This document shows positions 1 to 12,500 of a stretch of DNA of 64,000 nt, in pieces. Below the pieces are notes generated by a model that saw only the letters and a list, made by a program, of their open reading frames with translations, was not told the origin of the DNA and made no database searches. The DNA is from Trichinella spiralis (taxonomy: Eukaryota): contig NW_003526943.1 in NCBI RefSeq assembly GCF_000181795.1, positions 7,647,566 through 7,711,565 on the forward strand. The letters are read 5' to 3'. The position numbers and the translations under genes were made by a program. Each line of letters opens with the position of its first letter. Within the stretch, counting starts at the first letter, position 1.

Positions 1-457
1 CGAATATATATATATCTTTGCAAAATGTGAATGCTCATCTGTTGTTGTTGTTGTTGTGTTTGCGGGCATGAATGATGATGATCATTTTGCTCGAATGAAT
101 CCGAGACGGGGCTGCTTGTGTTTTTCCAATGAACTTGCTGAACAGATGCGCAACGTTTTTGAAAATGACTTTTTGAATTTTTAAAAATATTTTTCATTAA
201 AAATAAAAAATTTAAATGATCATTTTCAAAAAAAAATTTTTTTTCTTAAAAATATCATGTAGTTTTTTTCTTCACAGCTGCGTGAAAACCAAAATAGAAA
301 AGCTAAATATATATATATATATGTACTTATTTGAATTTGTCTTGTCATGATGTCAAATAATTTATGATATTGTTATAAAAAGAACATTGATTCATGCAAA
401 TTAATTTTTGTTTAATAAAAGGTTTTTTTTTAATGTTTTTTCATTTTTATTGTGCAG

Positions 458-1610
458 ATTAAATATCATGAAGAGTATGAGCGAATGATGAAAGGGAAGA
501 AGATTCAGGTGGCTGACGATCCCGAAATACAGCGTCTTTTGAAAAATACTCAAATTCAATCGAATGTGATTTATCACGGTGATTTGGATCGCAAGGAGAC
601 AATGGAACGAATCCGTCCTCCTCTCGAAGAGACGGTGGCGTCGAACATCCACAACGCCGCAGGTGTTTTTTGTTGTTTTCATATTCATATTCATATCTGT
701 TGTATGTGATGAAAAAATCAGTGTGTTCAGGAATGACGAACAACAGCAACGCTGCAGCACCGACGGCAACTGCGAACAAAGGAACAACCAACGCCGCTTC
801 TTCGCAAGCAGGTGCTGCGACCATTGGTCAGCAGCAGCGACCAGCGGTCAGTTCTTCGAAAGCGGCCTCGTCACCGTACTCGGCCAAACTGCAACAATCG
901 CCTACACTGATTTACTCTACAGAAAGGGGGGGACGCGGTGAGTTCTTCTTCTTCTTATTATTATGGAGTATATTTATTATTTGTTCTCATATGTGTATAT
1001 AAAATTAATTTGTGTTGTGCAGTTGCTCCGCAGTCGCGTGTTGTTGGATCCATTGATAATTACGACCCGATGAATGGCCAGTGGGGTTCCATAGTGAGCA
1101 ACCGACAGAATTATAAAATTTGTAAGCTGCATTTCTTCTTCTTATTCTCCACAGTGGACAGTTGATTTAATTGTAGCCGATCGTGCAAATTATGGACTAT
1201 CACCACCGGTTAACACTACTCCTGCACCGGCACAGAATGTGGTCAAGCGTCGATCTGGTGGCACCGCCGCCTCCAACACTGGCCTCGTTGTCAGAGCTTT
1301 GTACGATTACAGCGCCAATGATTCGGATGAGGTATGACGGTCGGATGTGGTCAGTTTTCATTTGTTTTTCTTTTTTCAATAATTCATACAAAATCAAACC
1401 AACAAAAATGATGCATGTATATAAAAACATATGTATTTTTTTGCATATGTGATTTTTTTTCATTTTAAATTTTTATTCAAGGTTACATTCAAAGAGGGAG
1501 ATTTGATCATCAACTGTCAGACAGTGGACAAAGGTTGGATGACAGGAACCGTGCAACGAACCGGTAAATGGGGCATGCTACCGGCTAACTATGTCGAACG
1601 GGTGAATTGA
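458..1610 (+). CDS. LASP1: LIM and SH3 domain protein (LASP/nebulette family), 3' part: nebulin repeats, linker and C-terminal SH3
   Basis: Exons 458-662, 731-937, 1023-1121, 1177-1331, 1482-1610 with GT-AG introns splice in frame. Nebulin repeats [39 protein letters not shown]3 [55 protein letters not shown]. The LIM exons lie upstream of the window. Confidence 0.9.
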
Positions 1611-4600
1611 AAAATGGTCCACCTTGAGCAAGAAGAATCCTTTCTTTTTCTAACGACGCCATGTGACTTCAGTTTTAATTCAAATGTCAATTCTTAATAA
1701 TAATAATAATTATTATTATTATTAATTTGAATTTGCTTTCATAAAACTGCTTCCATTCTCTTTATTTTTTTTAAAGAAATTCTCATTTCACATTTTAGCG
1801 ACGTTGTTTTTTTTCTTTTTTTTTAAAGATAATATTATTATTATTATTGCATATTCTTCTTATTCGCTGCGTTAGACTGTTAGGCACTGACCATGTTAGT
1901 TTGTTTTTTTTTCATCTGTCTCTTTCTGTGCAGAAATAAATGTCAAATACTCTTTAGAGTGGGTAATTGATAAATTTTTGAATTGCGTTTTGTGTTGGAA
2001 AAAATAAAAAGTATCTCATGAAATGTGTGAGCATTTTTGAAAATTATTTTCAAATAAACGTCAGTAATTATTTATCGTTTAATAAATGCACATTAATTAA
2101 TTTACCATTCGTTGTTACAATGAATTCCTTTTTTTCATTAATACATACAGTTTTAGTTATTTTAAATGAATTTCAAATTTCAATAATTAATAAGAAGAAG
2201 ATTTGATCTTGATTTTCATTACAAACGAAAATTCAATTATGCTCCAGATGGCAAACATATACTGGTTCATTCAAAATGTTTTTTCTTTGACACAGTGGAA
2301 TCTGTAAAAATTCATATAAACTGAAAATTCAATTTCCATTTTGGTTATTGATTTTCGTTTTCTGTTATTGTTTAAAAGTTGTTCATCAGTACAGAATAAT
2401 AAATGACAGGAGGTGATATGTAATTATACAGATGTACCGAACTGCTGCTGCTGCCCATCGTGGTGAAGTAGTAATACTTAATTCCACTTTGGACAGTTGG
2501 ACATTGTTGGCAAAAGGAAAACAGTAATTTCTGATTAAATAAATAATAGTGAAGTGGATAAATTCTATTTTACGTTCGATATCAACTGACGCTACAGTAT
2601 TAATTGATCATCAAACTGGCATTAGTCAAAAATGTTCTGCACAACAATTCAATGGACGACTTTTACAAAAATTATTTCATTCTCTCATTACACATTTCTA
2701 AAACTGCACAGTGTGAAAAGCTTTCACTCAAATTATCTTGTCATAGTACTGTTACACTTTTTACTAATGGAACACTTTTAAAGATTTATCATTATGCTGA
2801 ATTGTTGAAAATGCTTTCATTCTGAGATAGCGAACTGATAGCAGATGCCCCGGAGAGTGATTCAAACTATTAACAATCCTCAAATGCCAAACAGTACAAA
2901 ATGAAGTTTTACTGATTCCAAGAACAAACAACAAAACAATTTTCATTCAGTATTTTGAATATCGTAAAGCGAAAATATCATAAAAATGATCAAATTCAAA
3001 AAAACAACAATAATTTCAATTAATATCAATTATTCAAAGTAACAACTTGCTTTTCATTTCAAACCCCTACTAAACAATTAGAGATCATTTTAGCACAACT
3101 AATTACACAAGATCAAAAGAATGTTGCACACCCTAGCAGGCAATGCATAAATGCAAAATTTTCACACGAGCGTTGAAGTGCTCTGGAAATGACAAAACAA
3201 TTCATATAATGATCAGCAGGATAGGAAATTATCGTTGCAGTCACCATTTAACTAAAAAATAAACCTAACTAAGACAAATTTATTTCACCCATGTTTCGAT
3301 ACGACCAAAAAAATTAAAAAACCAATGAGCAATTCATCACATACAACTATTTCAACTACTATGATGAAAAAGCTCTCAGAATTACAGTAATACATACAGC
3401 ATGCACCATGAACCTAAGCATCATATTAATTCAGATCAGAGCATTGAAAAAATATTAATCTTGCAATATCTATTAAAGTAAACGCTTTTAAAATAATTAA
3501 TTTTACACATAAATTAACACAAACTGCACTCCAACTGAGAAGTGTGACTTTTATATATTTCAAGCAAAAGTAACCATTTCGACTTTAAGTCTTATTTCCG
3601 TGTTTTTAATCATATAAAATATGTGATAAAACCACATTATGATATAAAATTAACATAAATAATTTCAAAACGCTGCACATAACTTACTTATCGTTCCTTT
3701 TTTCATGGTTGGTACAAAGGCGTTCAAAACCCAATAATTCGTTATGCATTTTTTGGAATGACAAAGCAGCACCGAGTTGTATTCCTCGGTTATTTACCGA
3801 ACTTAAAAGGTAAATTACTAACTCCGATTGTTTAATCGGCACCAATTTTTGTCCTGGGTTCTTGGTCTCCAAGAATCCTATATTTTCTGAGTTAGGTTAA
3901 GAACATGTAGTTAATGTTCAATAATAGCTTTTAGAAACGTTTCTCCTTTCCACTTAAGCACAAGTTGCAGTACCTTCATCAAAATTACCCTTCGTTTGAT
4001 TTTGCCGTTTAATGATAGCACATTATTTACTTTGTTCTGACATTCAGTATTAATACATATTATGCTGTACTTTATTATTTATAATAAGAATTTCTCACAT
4101 GTCAAAATGTATGTGCAATTTTATGTTATAATTTTTACCTGATTTATAGCAAGTGCAATTGTGATGCAGTGCCCATAATGCTGCAGAATGCAATTTGAAA
4201 ATTTTCACCTTCCAAATCAGTTGTATTGATGTTGTTTGTTGGGAATTTATTTCGTTGCTTTGATCTCGCCTTCAATGCAGATTATCTGCTGTTATGCTTT
4301 CAGTTTTGGAATTTACTATTAGACTAGGTGTTATTAACGCCAATTAAGGATGATGGTCTTGTTGCATCCCTCTCCGGTCTGGCTACCGTTAACTCCATAG
4401 CTGTTATTTAGGTCATTGCTAACGCTATTGAACAAATTTTCAGCACTGGTGTGAAATTGATTTCAACACTTCAAGAACATGAATTACCGATTGTCAAGTT
4501 TTAAAAAGAATACCTTAAAACTTCATTTTCTCTTGCAAAGGGTTATTTTGTGTTTTATGAGAATATTTCATGATGTCAAGAAAGTTCTGGTTATATATTT

Positions 4601-4804
4601 GTTATTTGGTTATAACACAACAGCGAAACTTAGCTAAACATTACGCTTTAATAACTTTTGTTTTGAAAAATGGTAAATAATTATTTATGTCTATATAACG
4701 CAATTTAATGGTAATGCATTCCATATTTGGAAAAATGTGCATAAACAACAATTATTTAATCAATAATTTGAACACAGTGACAATCAAATGGCTCAAGTTA
4801 TTCG

Positions 4805-4935
4805 TCCAATCAATTCACATAATGATTGGCAAATAAAGCAGCATTAGCCATTGGCCAATTACTGATCAATCCTCTGCATCCAATCAGCAAACAGCCAATC
4901 ATAAAAAAGGGACAATTTGGACTACTTCAGTCACT
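4805..4935. promoter_or_regulatory. Cluster of CCAAT boxes followed by an Inr-like TCAGT
   Basis: CCAAT/ATTGG near 4806, 4824, 4850 (overlapping ATTGGCCAAT), 4880 and 4895; TCAGTC at about 4927. Confidence 0.35.
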
Positions 4936-5994
4936 GAACAACAAACTTCCGTTTGATTCTTGCTGCTGCCACTTTTCTTGTATGTTCACACATACCAGAT
5001 AACGTGAAAATGCAAGTCAAATAGTAGGATCCACTCAGGCTTCTTTTGGTAAAAGTTGTGTGCAAAAGTGTTTTGGTAATCGTAGTGTTAATTCAGATGA
5101 GTGTGTGGCCTAAATACCATTATGGGGTCAATTGGTACTATGCAGTTCAACAGAGGGTTAAGCTTCAAAGTGATTATGTATTTTTTTACAGTGATAGTCC
5201 TTACTTTTATCAACATGCCATTCAATTGTTATTGCTTAAAAAGTAAAATTATGCAGTCGATTTGCTGTTTGCACATTTTTTTTCAGTAACGGAGTCAAGT
5301 ATTATTTTGCATTTAGACAATGTGAAAGCTTTTTTTCATTTATTTAGTTTATTATTTTCAAAGTGTACAGTTTAGAGAAATTATGATTCAGCAATTATTA
5401 TTCTGAACATATTGTTTGGGAAAATTTTGATGTATTATCTTTTAAAAAAATATTAATGCTTTATTACTGCAAATTTCAATAGCAATTTCGCATTTTATCA
5501 ATCCTATTGCATTTTTATTTAATTTTAACACCACATTTGTAACTTAATTCACATTTAAATTTTGAGCAGTTTGAATTAAATTCCGAAACTGATGTTAGTT
5601 TATCGTTCAATTTGTCATAATTCTTCTAATATTTTTAAAAATAAATATTTTATGAAGTATTAAAAATAATGACATTCAATGCTATATAATTTATGATATG
5701 CATTAAATTCTTAGTAAATTGCTTGCAAAAAGATTACATCTTTATCATAATGAAGTGATGGATGCTTTTGTAATACAAATTGCAGCATTATAAATTAATT
5801 AGCATAAAGGTACATGCATAATTGAAATATTCTAATAAAATGTTTACTATTTAATATCGCATGAGATATAATCAAAGTTCAACAATGCAGAACAACATTA
5901 AATGAATTATATGAACAGTATGCAGATTAATTCGATGGAAATTGTCGTGAAATTTGAATGTACATGTACAGCAACGTATTAAAAGTGAGTGCAC

Positions 5995-6504
5995 TTATTT
6001 GAAAGAATGCAAAATCATTTCCATTCGTGGAGAATACATTCTCTGCAGATTTCGCCTTCTTGGTGGAGGTGGTGTTTGTTGTTGTCGCGTTCTCAGCAAC
6101 CTTCGGTTCCACAATTCATTCGCAGAATCTGATATGACATAGATGTCCTCTTCTGGTGTCCCGTCTTCTGCAGCATCTTCTTCTGATGATTGTTCAAATG
6201 TGACTACTGTCGCCAACTGCTGCCCACATTCATCGGCAAATCGAACTTTGTTGGGCCGTGTCTTTTTCGGTAGTGGAGCGGGAAAAGCTTCAGAAATGCT
6301 TTCATCTGCATTTTCGTCAGAAATCTTTTGCTTTGCTGACGAAGTTGCAGAGATTTTTCTTTGCGCCACTGGTGTCAGAAGAAGATGTTGACTTAATGAT
6401 GTACAAGCTGACGTGCTCAGATCACTTTCGGAACGGGAGCTGTTGGCATTGTCAACTACAACAACGCTATCGCATGCGATTTCACTTTTCAAATCTTCGG
6501 ACAT
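5995..6504 (-). CDS. Small disordered protein with a PP1-docking RVxF motif of the PPP1R3 (glycogen-targeting) type
   Basis: GC-richer 169-codon ORF from ATG 6504; contains KKTRPNKVRFADECGQQLATV, matching the K-V-x-F-A-D-x-x-G-x-x-L-x-x-V signature. No CBM21 domain seen. Confidence 0.6.
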   Translation of the reverse strand: MSEDLKSEIACDSVVVVDNANSSRSESDLSTSACTSLSQHLLLTPVAQRKISATSSAKQKISDENADESISEAFPAPLPKKTRPNKVRFADECGQQLATVVTFEQSSEEDAAEDGTPEEDIYVISDSANELWNRRLLRTRQQQTPPPPRRRNLQRMYSPRMEMILHSFK

Positions 6505-9500
6505 TTCGCTCAACGGTCAAAAACCAAAATGCAAATGTTACTGTTTTCGCATTTATGTTACCGGAAAATTATTGCTCAAATTCGATTGGCCAAATTTTGT
6601 GTCTCTGTGTCAGGGATATAAGAACTATACGTTTGCTGATATTCGAGATCATTCTTCTTTTGTTATATGAGATCTGCATAATAAAAAGTTTTTATTATTT
6701 GAGGGTAATCAAATATTCAATGCTAACAGTGGATAGGTGACCTTTCTTTGTGCTCTTAATAATTAACACAAATGATATTGGTCAATAGATTGCACTGCTT
6801 TGACCTCGTTGTAGTTTTCAGCACTGCAATTACTGCTGTAATTGTTTTAATGCTTGCTGAGCTTACTGCGCGAAATATATTTTAGTACTTGACCTCGACT
6901 GGCTTTCTCTGCTTTTTGGTAATGCTTTATGCAAAGTTAACAATCAGTAACGGATTAATCTGACTGTATAAAATTGCAAAGCGATTGGCATTCCTTCATA
7001 TTCAAAGGTATGGTTCCTCAACGGGCAAATTTTTACAATCACTCTTTGATTGGTAAAAATATTTTGTTGACTTTTTTCATTCAAATGCAATTAATTTAAA
7101 AAGCAAAATATTTAAACTCTCAGAATGCGATGACTAAATTTAACTGCAAATAAAACTGAAAATATTAAAATTATTTTTAAGAATTTTAATTATAAGCATG
7201 GCTAATGTAATTTTAAGCTACGCAGAAGTGAATCACATTTTAAACGACAACGAAAATTAAATTTTTCAAAAAGAATTCATTGCTAATTGAAGGTTTTTGA
7301 CAAAAATTTGTCTGTAAAACAAGTGGGAACAAGTCCATGTAATGCTTTATAAAAAATTGGCATTAACAGAACATGCTTTTCATTTATTAAGTGAAATTTT
7401 TGAAAAGAAATACATTAACGCAAAAAAGATAAAAATATTTCCATAATAATGTATCTGTTAATTAAAACTTGCGTCATTATGTTCATATGATTTAAATGTA
7501 TAGAAATCAGATAATTTATACTTAGATGATTATCGTTTCTCTGAGGCTAAAAGGAAAACTAAAAATGACTTTCATGAATGCAGGACAACTGTCTTTGTTA
7601 TATGTGAAAATCTAAAATACAATAAAGCGATGGTCGTTGATAAGGCGTTAGATAAATTTTTTGAGAACATTTTTCTTCAGTGCAAATTCAGCATTCAATA
7701 ATATATTCTTCAGTGGTTCACAATCATTACAGCCATTAGACACTTTGTTTACTTGATGCCAATAAAACTGCGATTATATTAGTCACATATTTAAGTAATT
7801 ATAAAAAAGAACAATAATTTTCAAAACTGTAACTATGAAAGATTGATAAATAATAGAACAATGAAAATTGTAATAAATATGATGTCTTATTTCATTAAAT
7901 AATGCAAATAAGCTCTGCTTCACTACTACTACATCCATAAAAAATCTGAGCTAATAAAAATTAAAATCAACATTATGAAGTAAAAAGGTATCAAAAAACT
8001 AAAAACCAAAAAAACAAAAAATAAAACTTTACTACAAAATTTGTAAGCTTAAATGCTATTAGTATTTAATGTTGTATTTTTTGCATTTAAAATAATAATG
8101 ATGGTTTAAAATGCTGTTTGTTCAGTTGCTAGCTAGGGGAAAAGCATTTTTTTGACAAAGAAATTTTTATGATAAAAAAATCATAAAAAAGTAAATTTGC
8201 AGAGTTGCGCAAGCACACAACAGAGTGCCTACATTTTATAACTAGCATTGGCATTTTTAATCATTTATCTTATGAACAATTATTGTGTTTAAAGTCTCAA
8301 ATAAAAATTTTTAGAAAAAATAAAATGCTTTTATGAGTAATATACCTATGCCACTTTTTAATGAAAATTATCTAATTAAAAATTCACATAAAATATTGTC
8401 ACACCACGAAACTGCCATTTACCTATACATTCGTTGTAATATGACAAATACACTTGACCTTCACAAAAAAGCAATATTTAAAATTTGTTTTAGCTCAAAA
8501 TAAAAATTATTTAATTATGATTATTTATTATTATAAATTTGCTTTTTCATTTCATTCATATTTATTTGAGATAATTAAAAAATAAAAGCTTTCTTCACTT
8601 TTAAAATAGTTCTTTAGAGTTTTTCTAAGAAAAAATTTCAGTGTTATTTCATTTTTACATTATAATAAGAAATTAATGACAAAATATGGTTGAAAATGCA
8701 AATAATTATGCAAAGTAAATATGGAAAAATGATAAAATTCAAATTATGAGCATAAGGTTGAAACTGAAAGTAGTAAAGTACATAAAGTAAACAGATGAAA
8801 TTGATAAAAAACAATTATATTACATGTATATAATTATCGTAGCATTAGGAATAATAATAATATTTATAGCATATAATTTAGCATTAAATTAAAACGTTTT
8901 GTTAAAAGCATATGTATGGGAATGTCAAAAAACTGAAAACTACAATGGTAGGTACATGCAGAATATAAATGCTAATATATATGACGATAATTGCATAGGG
9001 ATAAAAAATTCATTTTGTAATAACTTTTATTTGAAAATAATTAAGTAATTTTGTCCGTTCTAAATTGATTGTTTGCATTATTTTATTTTAGATTAATGAA
9101 TTTGTATGCAGAAAATTAATATTTTTAGTTTTATTTAAAAATTGTATGCAGTTAATTCTAAAGGATTTTAAATACTATTTATTATTCTGTATATCATATA
9201 AATAGGAGTGAAAAGATCCTCAGAAAAGATAATCTTCGTCAAATATGTTAAGCTGAATAATAGTGATTAAATTATTTCATTGCTTACTAAAATCCAGAAA
9301 AACAGGAGCTATACTGTGAGAATACATTAAATAAATTTATACTATACTTTTGTGCATATACATATTTAAATATTTAAATAAAAGAATAAATAAATGGTCA
9401 CTCATTTTGCAACGAATAATGACAGTGTTATTCATGAATCAAGTAAGCATTATGGTCATGTCTGCTTGCATATTTTAATGAAATTTTAATAAAAGTCAGA

Positions 9501-12500
9501 TGCGCTTTAACTTTTATTCCACATCATTGTAAAGTTACAATTATTCATTTACCATAATTTGAATTAATTCATATTAACGTAATACAATTACTGATATTTT
9601 CTAGATTTACATGAAATTAATTTTATACTGCATTAAGAAGTGACTGCAAAACTTTTAGATGTAATGCAGAATAATAAATCAGTAGAAAATTTCTTAAATA
9701 TGAACATTACTTAAAAAATATATATACTGACCACTTTTTTCCTGCTTCGTTGAAATCAGATGTGCTTGTATAAATTATTCATTTAATTTAAAAGTGAAAT
9801 TATTAAATATTTAACACACTTTATACGTTTATTTCATTATGAAATGACTGATTGTCATGAAATATTACTTTCATTGCTTATTAATCTTTTATGAAATACC
9901 ATATTAACTTTAAATTTAAAATTTATTATTTCATGATTTTATGCTTTTTAAATTAACTTATGATTAGAAAATGTAATTTTTTTCTTACAATGAAATATTG
10001 TAATCAGATTTTTTTTCCAACACTACATTCATTTTAAAATTTCTGCTAAATATATATATAAAATTTGTTGCTTGCTATTGTTGAAATTAAAATCGAGAGT
10101 GTTAAATAAGCTTTTGAATTTTATTCCAGTTAAAGACTGCGCATATATAATGAGCTTTATCAGTTCTAGAAATGCAATCTTAATTGTAATCTGATAATTT
10201 ATTTTTCTAGTTTTTGCTTATTCATTGTGATTATTTATTTGCCTTTCAAGAAGAGTGCATTTTTTCATCAAAACTTAAATATTCAAATATATGAATGTAT
10301 TTTTAAGATAAATATTTATGAAAATAAATAAAGATTTGTAATAAAAATTTAAACATTAACTATTATTTTGTACTAATAAAGTAACAGAAGGCACATGCAT
10401 ACTATTTATTAATACGCTTGCTAAATGTAAGATGATTATAATATTTATTTAGCTATCTCTGCCATATTCATTACAATTATAAAATCGTCGATATCGTGAA
10501 TAATAATTAATATGTGTTCCATTGTAATAAGGATTCTTATAAAACTGCAAAACAGCAGCTAATAGTTTAAATTACAAAAATATTTTATACTAGTATTTAT
10601 GCAAGTTGTAATGATGAATATCTCAAAAAAATGATGAAGATTGACTGTTAATGCATATTTAATGCAAAAACAACTTTTTGTTCAAAACAAGCACATCTAA
10701 TTATCAAACTTCCTGCTTTCGATGGTATATGCTCAATGAAAGTTGTCACTTTTAACTTCTGAGGTCAATAATTATTTAAAATATTTAAGTAAAATAAGGT
10801 ATTTGAAGCTTTATGCAAATGGATAAACAAAAATTACCATTTCATTACACTCTGAAGAATGCTGCATTTTAATAGTTATAAATTCAAAATCCCATAAATA
10901 ATTCTCGTTAAAGGAAGATAATTATGATTTCTAAAAATATTTTCCAATAAGATAAATTTTATTGTTTTTGGTATTTTAAACTTTTCAGAATATCATGTTC
11001 AGCAGTTTTATATTTTCAGGATTTTGGCGAACTTGCCATTATTTGTGCCATTTACTAAAAAAGCAACGACCAAAGCAGGTTATTATTCAAAAAGCATCAC
11101 ACTCAGGCATTATGAGCATATTACGCATATGATTTGTTCATTGAAGTGCACTGTTTATAAGATTTTGCATTATATCATTGACTTCAATCCAAAGAACCAA
11201 ATATTTCAATTTTTTAATATTACAAAGCAATAAATTTATTTTAATTTGAAGAAAATTTATTTTTGACTTTGAAAAATATATTGTAATTCAAAAAGGAAAT
11301 GATGTGAAATGACCTTGTTCACTGGTTAATCTTATTTAAATATTTCTGCGTTACCCATAGTTACAATGGTAAACTAAATTATCCTGATGCTGTGATGTGC
11401 ACCTTATACCTGCTGCATTTTTACAGTTATTTACATGTTTAAGGTGCGGTTTAAAAGAATGCAAATGATTGTAAATACAATTATTATTGCTAATGAAGAA
11501 AATAGCAAAAACTTAAGGCAACTTATAAAAATGGATGATGTAAAAAGTGAATTATTATCGACAAAACATAGAAACAGCAATTCATATTTTAAATAACATT
11601 GGAAATGTGCTCATTAAACAAGTTAAATTTCCAATTTTAATTGAAATTAATTGCCATAAAGTGATCAAATACTGATTCTTTACTTATCCTCTGTAGAACA
11701 TAAAAAAGCAGTTTCACCTTACCCTTTATCAATTATTATTCTGTTTGATAATTAAGTATCTTTTTTCAAGAACTTTAAAAAGCTTAATTATTAAAACCAT
11801 ATGATTCTTTTTTTAAAAATAAAGAAGTACTCCTTAACTGTCAAAGCTTTTAAACTTTATTCATTTATAAAGCACTTTCTATTAATTAACAAGTAAAACA
11901 AGTGATGAAGCTTGAATTAAAGTATTTTATTTAAAACATAAAGTGAATCATAATTTCTTTTCAAAATTCGAATTTCCAAACAGAAATATCAAAATGCTGA
12001 AGATGATGATTATTGTCAAGACATTTCAAAATTCAGTAATAAATCCAATTTTGCAGTAATTTTAATTCTGTTATCATATTGTTGCAATGCAATTAATTAA
12101 ATGAAGCGCGGTTCTGAAACTTTTCTGAGCAACAATGCTTGAAGTACTGATTTTTGTTTTACAAACAATACAATAGCATGAATATTCCAATGAATAGTCT
12201 AAAATTTATTTTTAATAAATACACTTTTTATACTTTAAATAATTGTAAAATTACAAAAAAATATTTTTATAATTGTAAGACTAAGAAAGTTATTTTTAAA
12301 TTAAAATTTCAAATTATTTATCCTTAAATTTTTTATTAAAATAAAAACATTTTCAAATATAAAAGAAATTTTTATCGATATTACTTTTATTAATATTAAT
12401 GCACACAACATATGCTACATGGTTTGAAGTTTTCTAATAATGTTCTTAAATTTTCATGAAAATCAAATCAAATATTTCAAATAGCACAGAAAATAAAAGT

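Noticed and set aside
3079..3100. GAGATCATTTT resembling the bantam/miR-80 seed
   Set aside because: The match is short and no precursor hairpin is evident.
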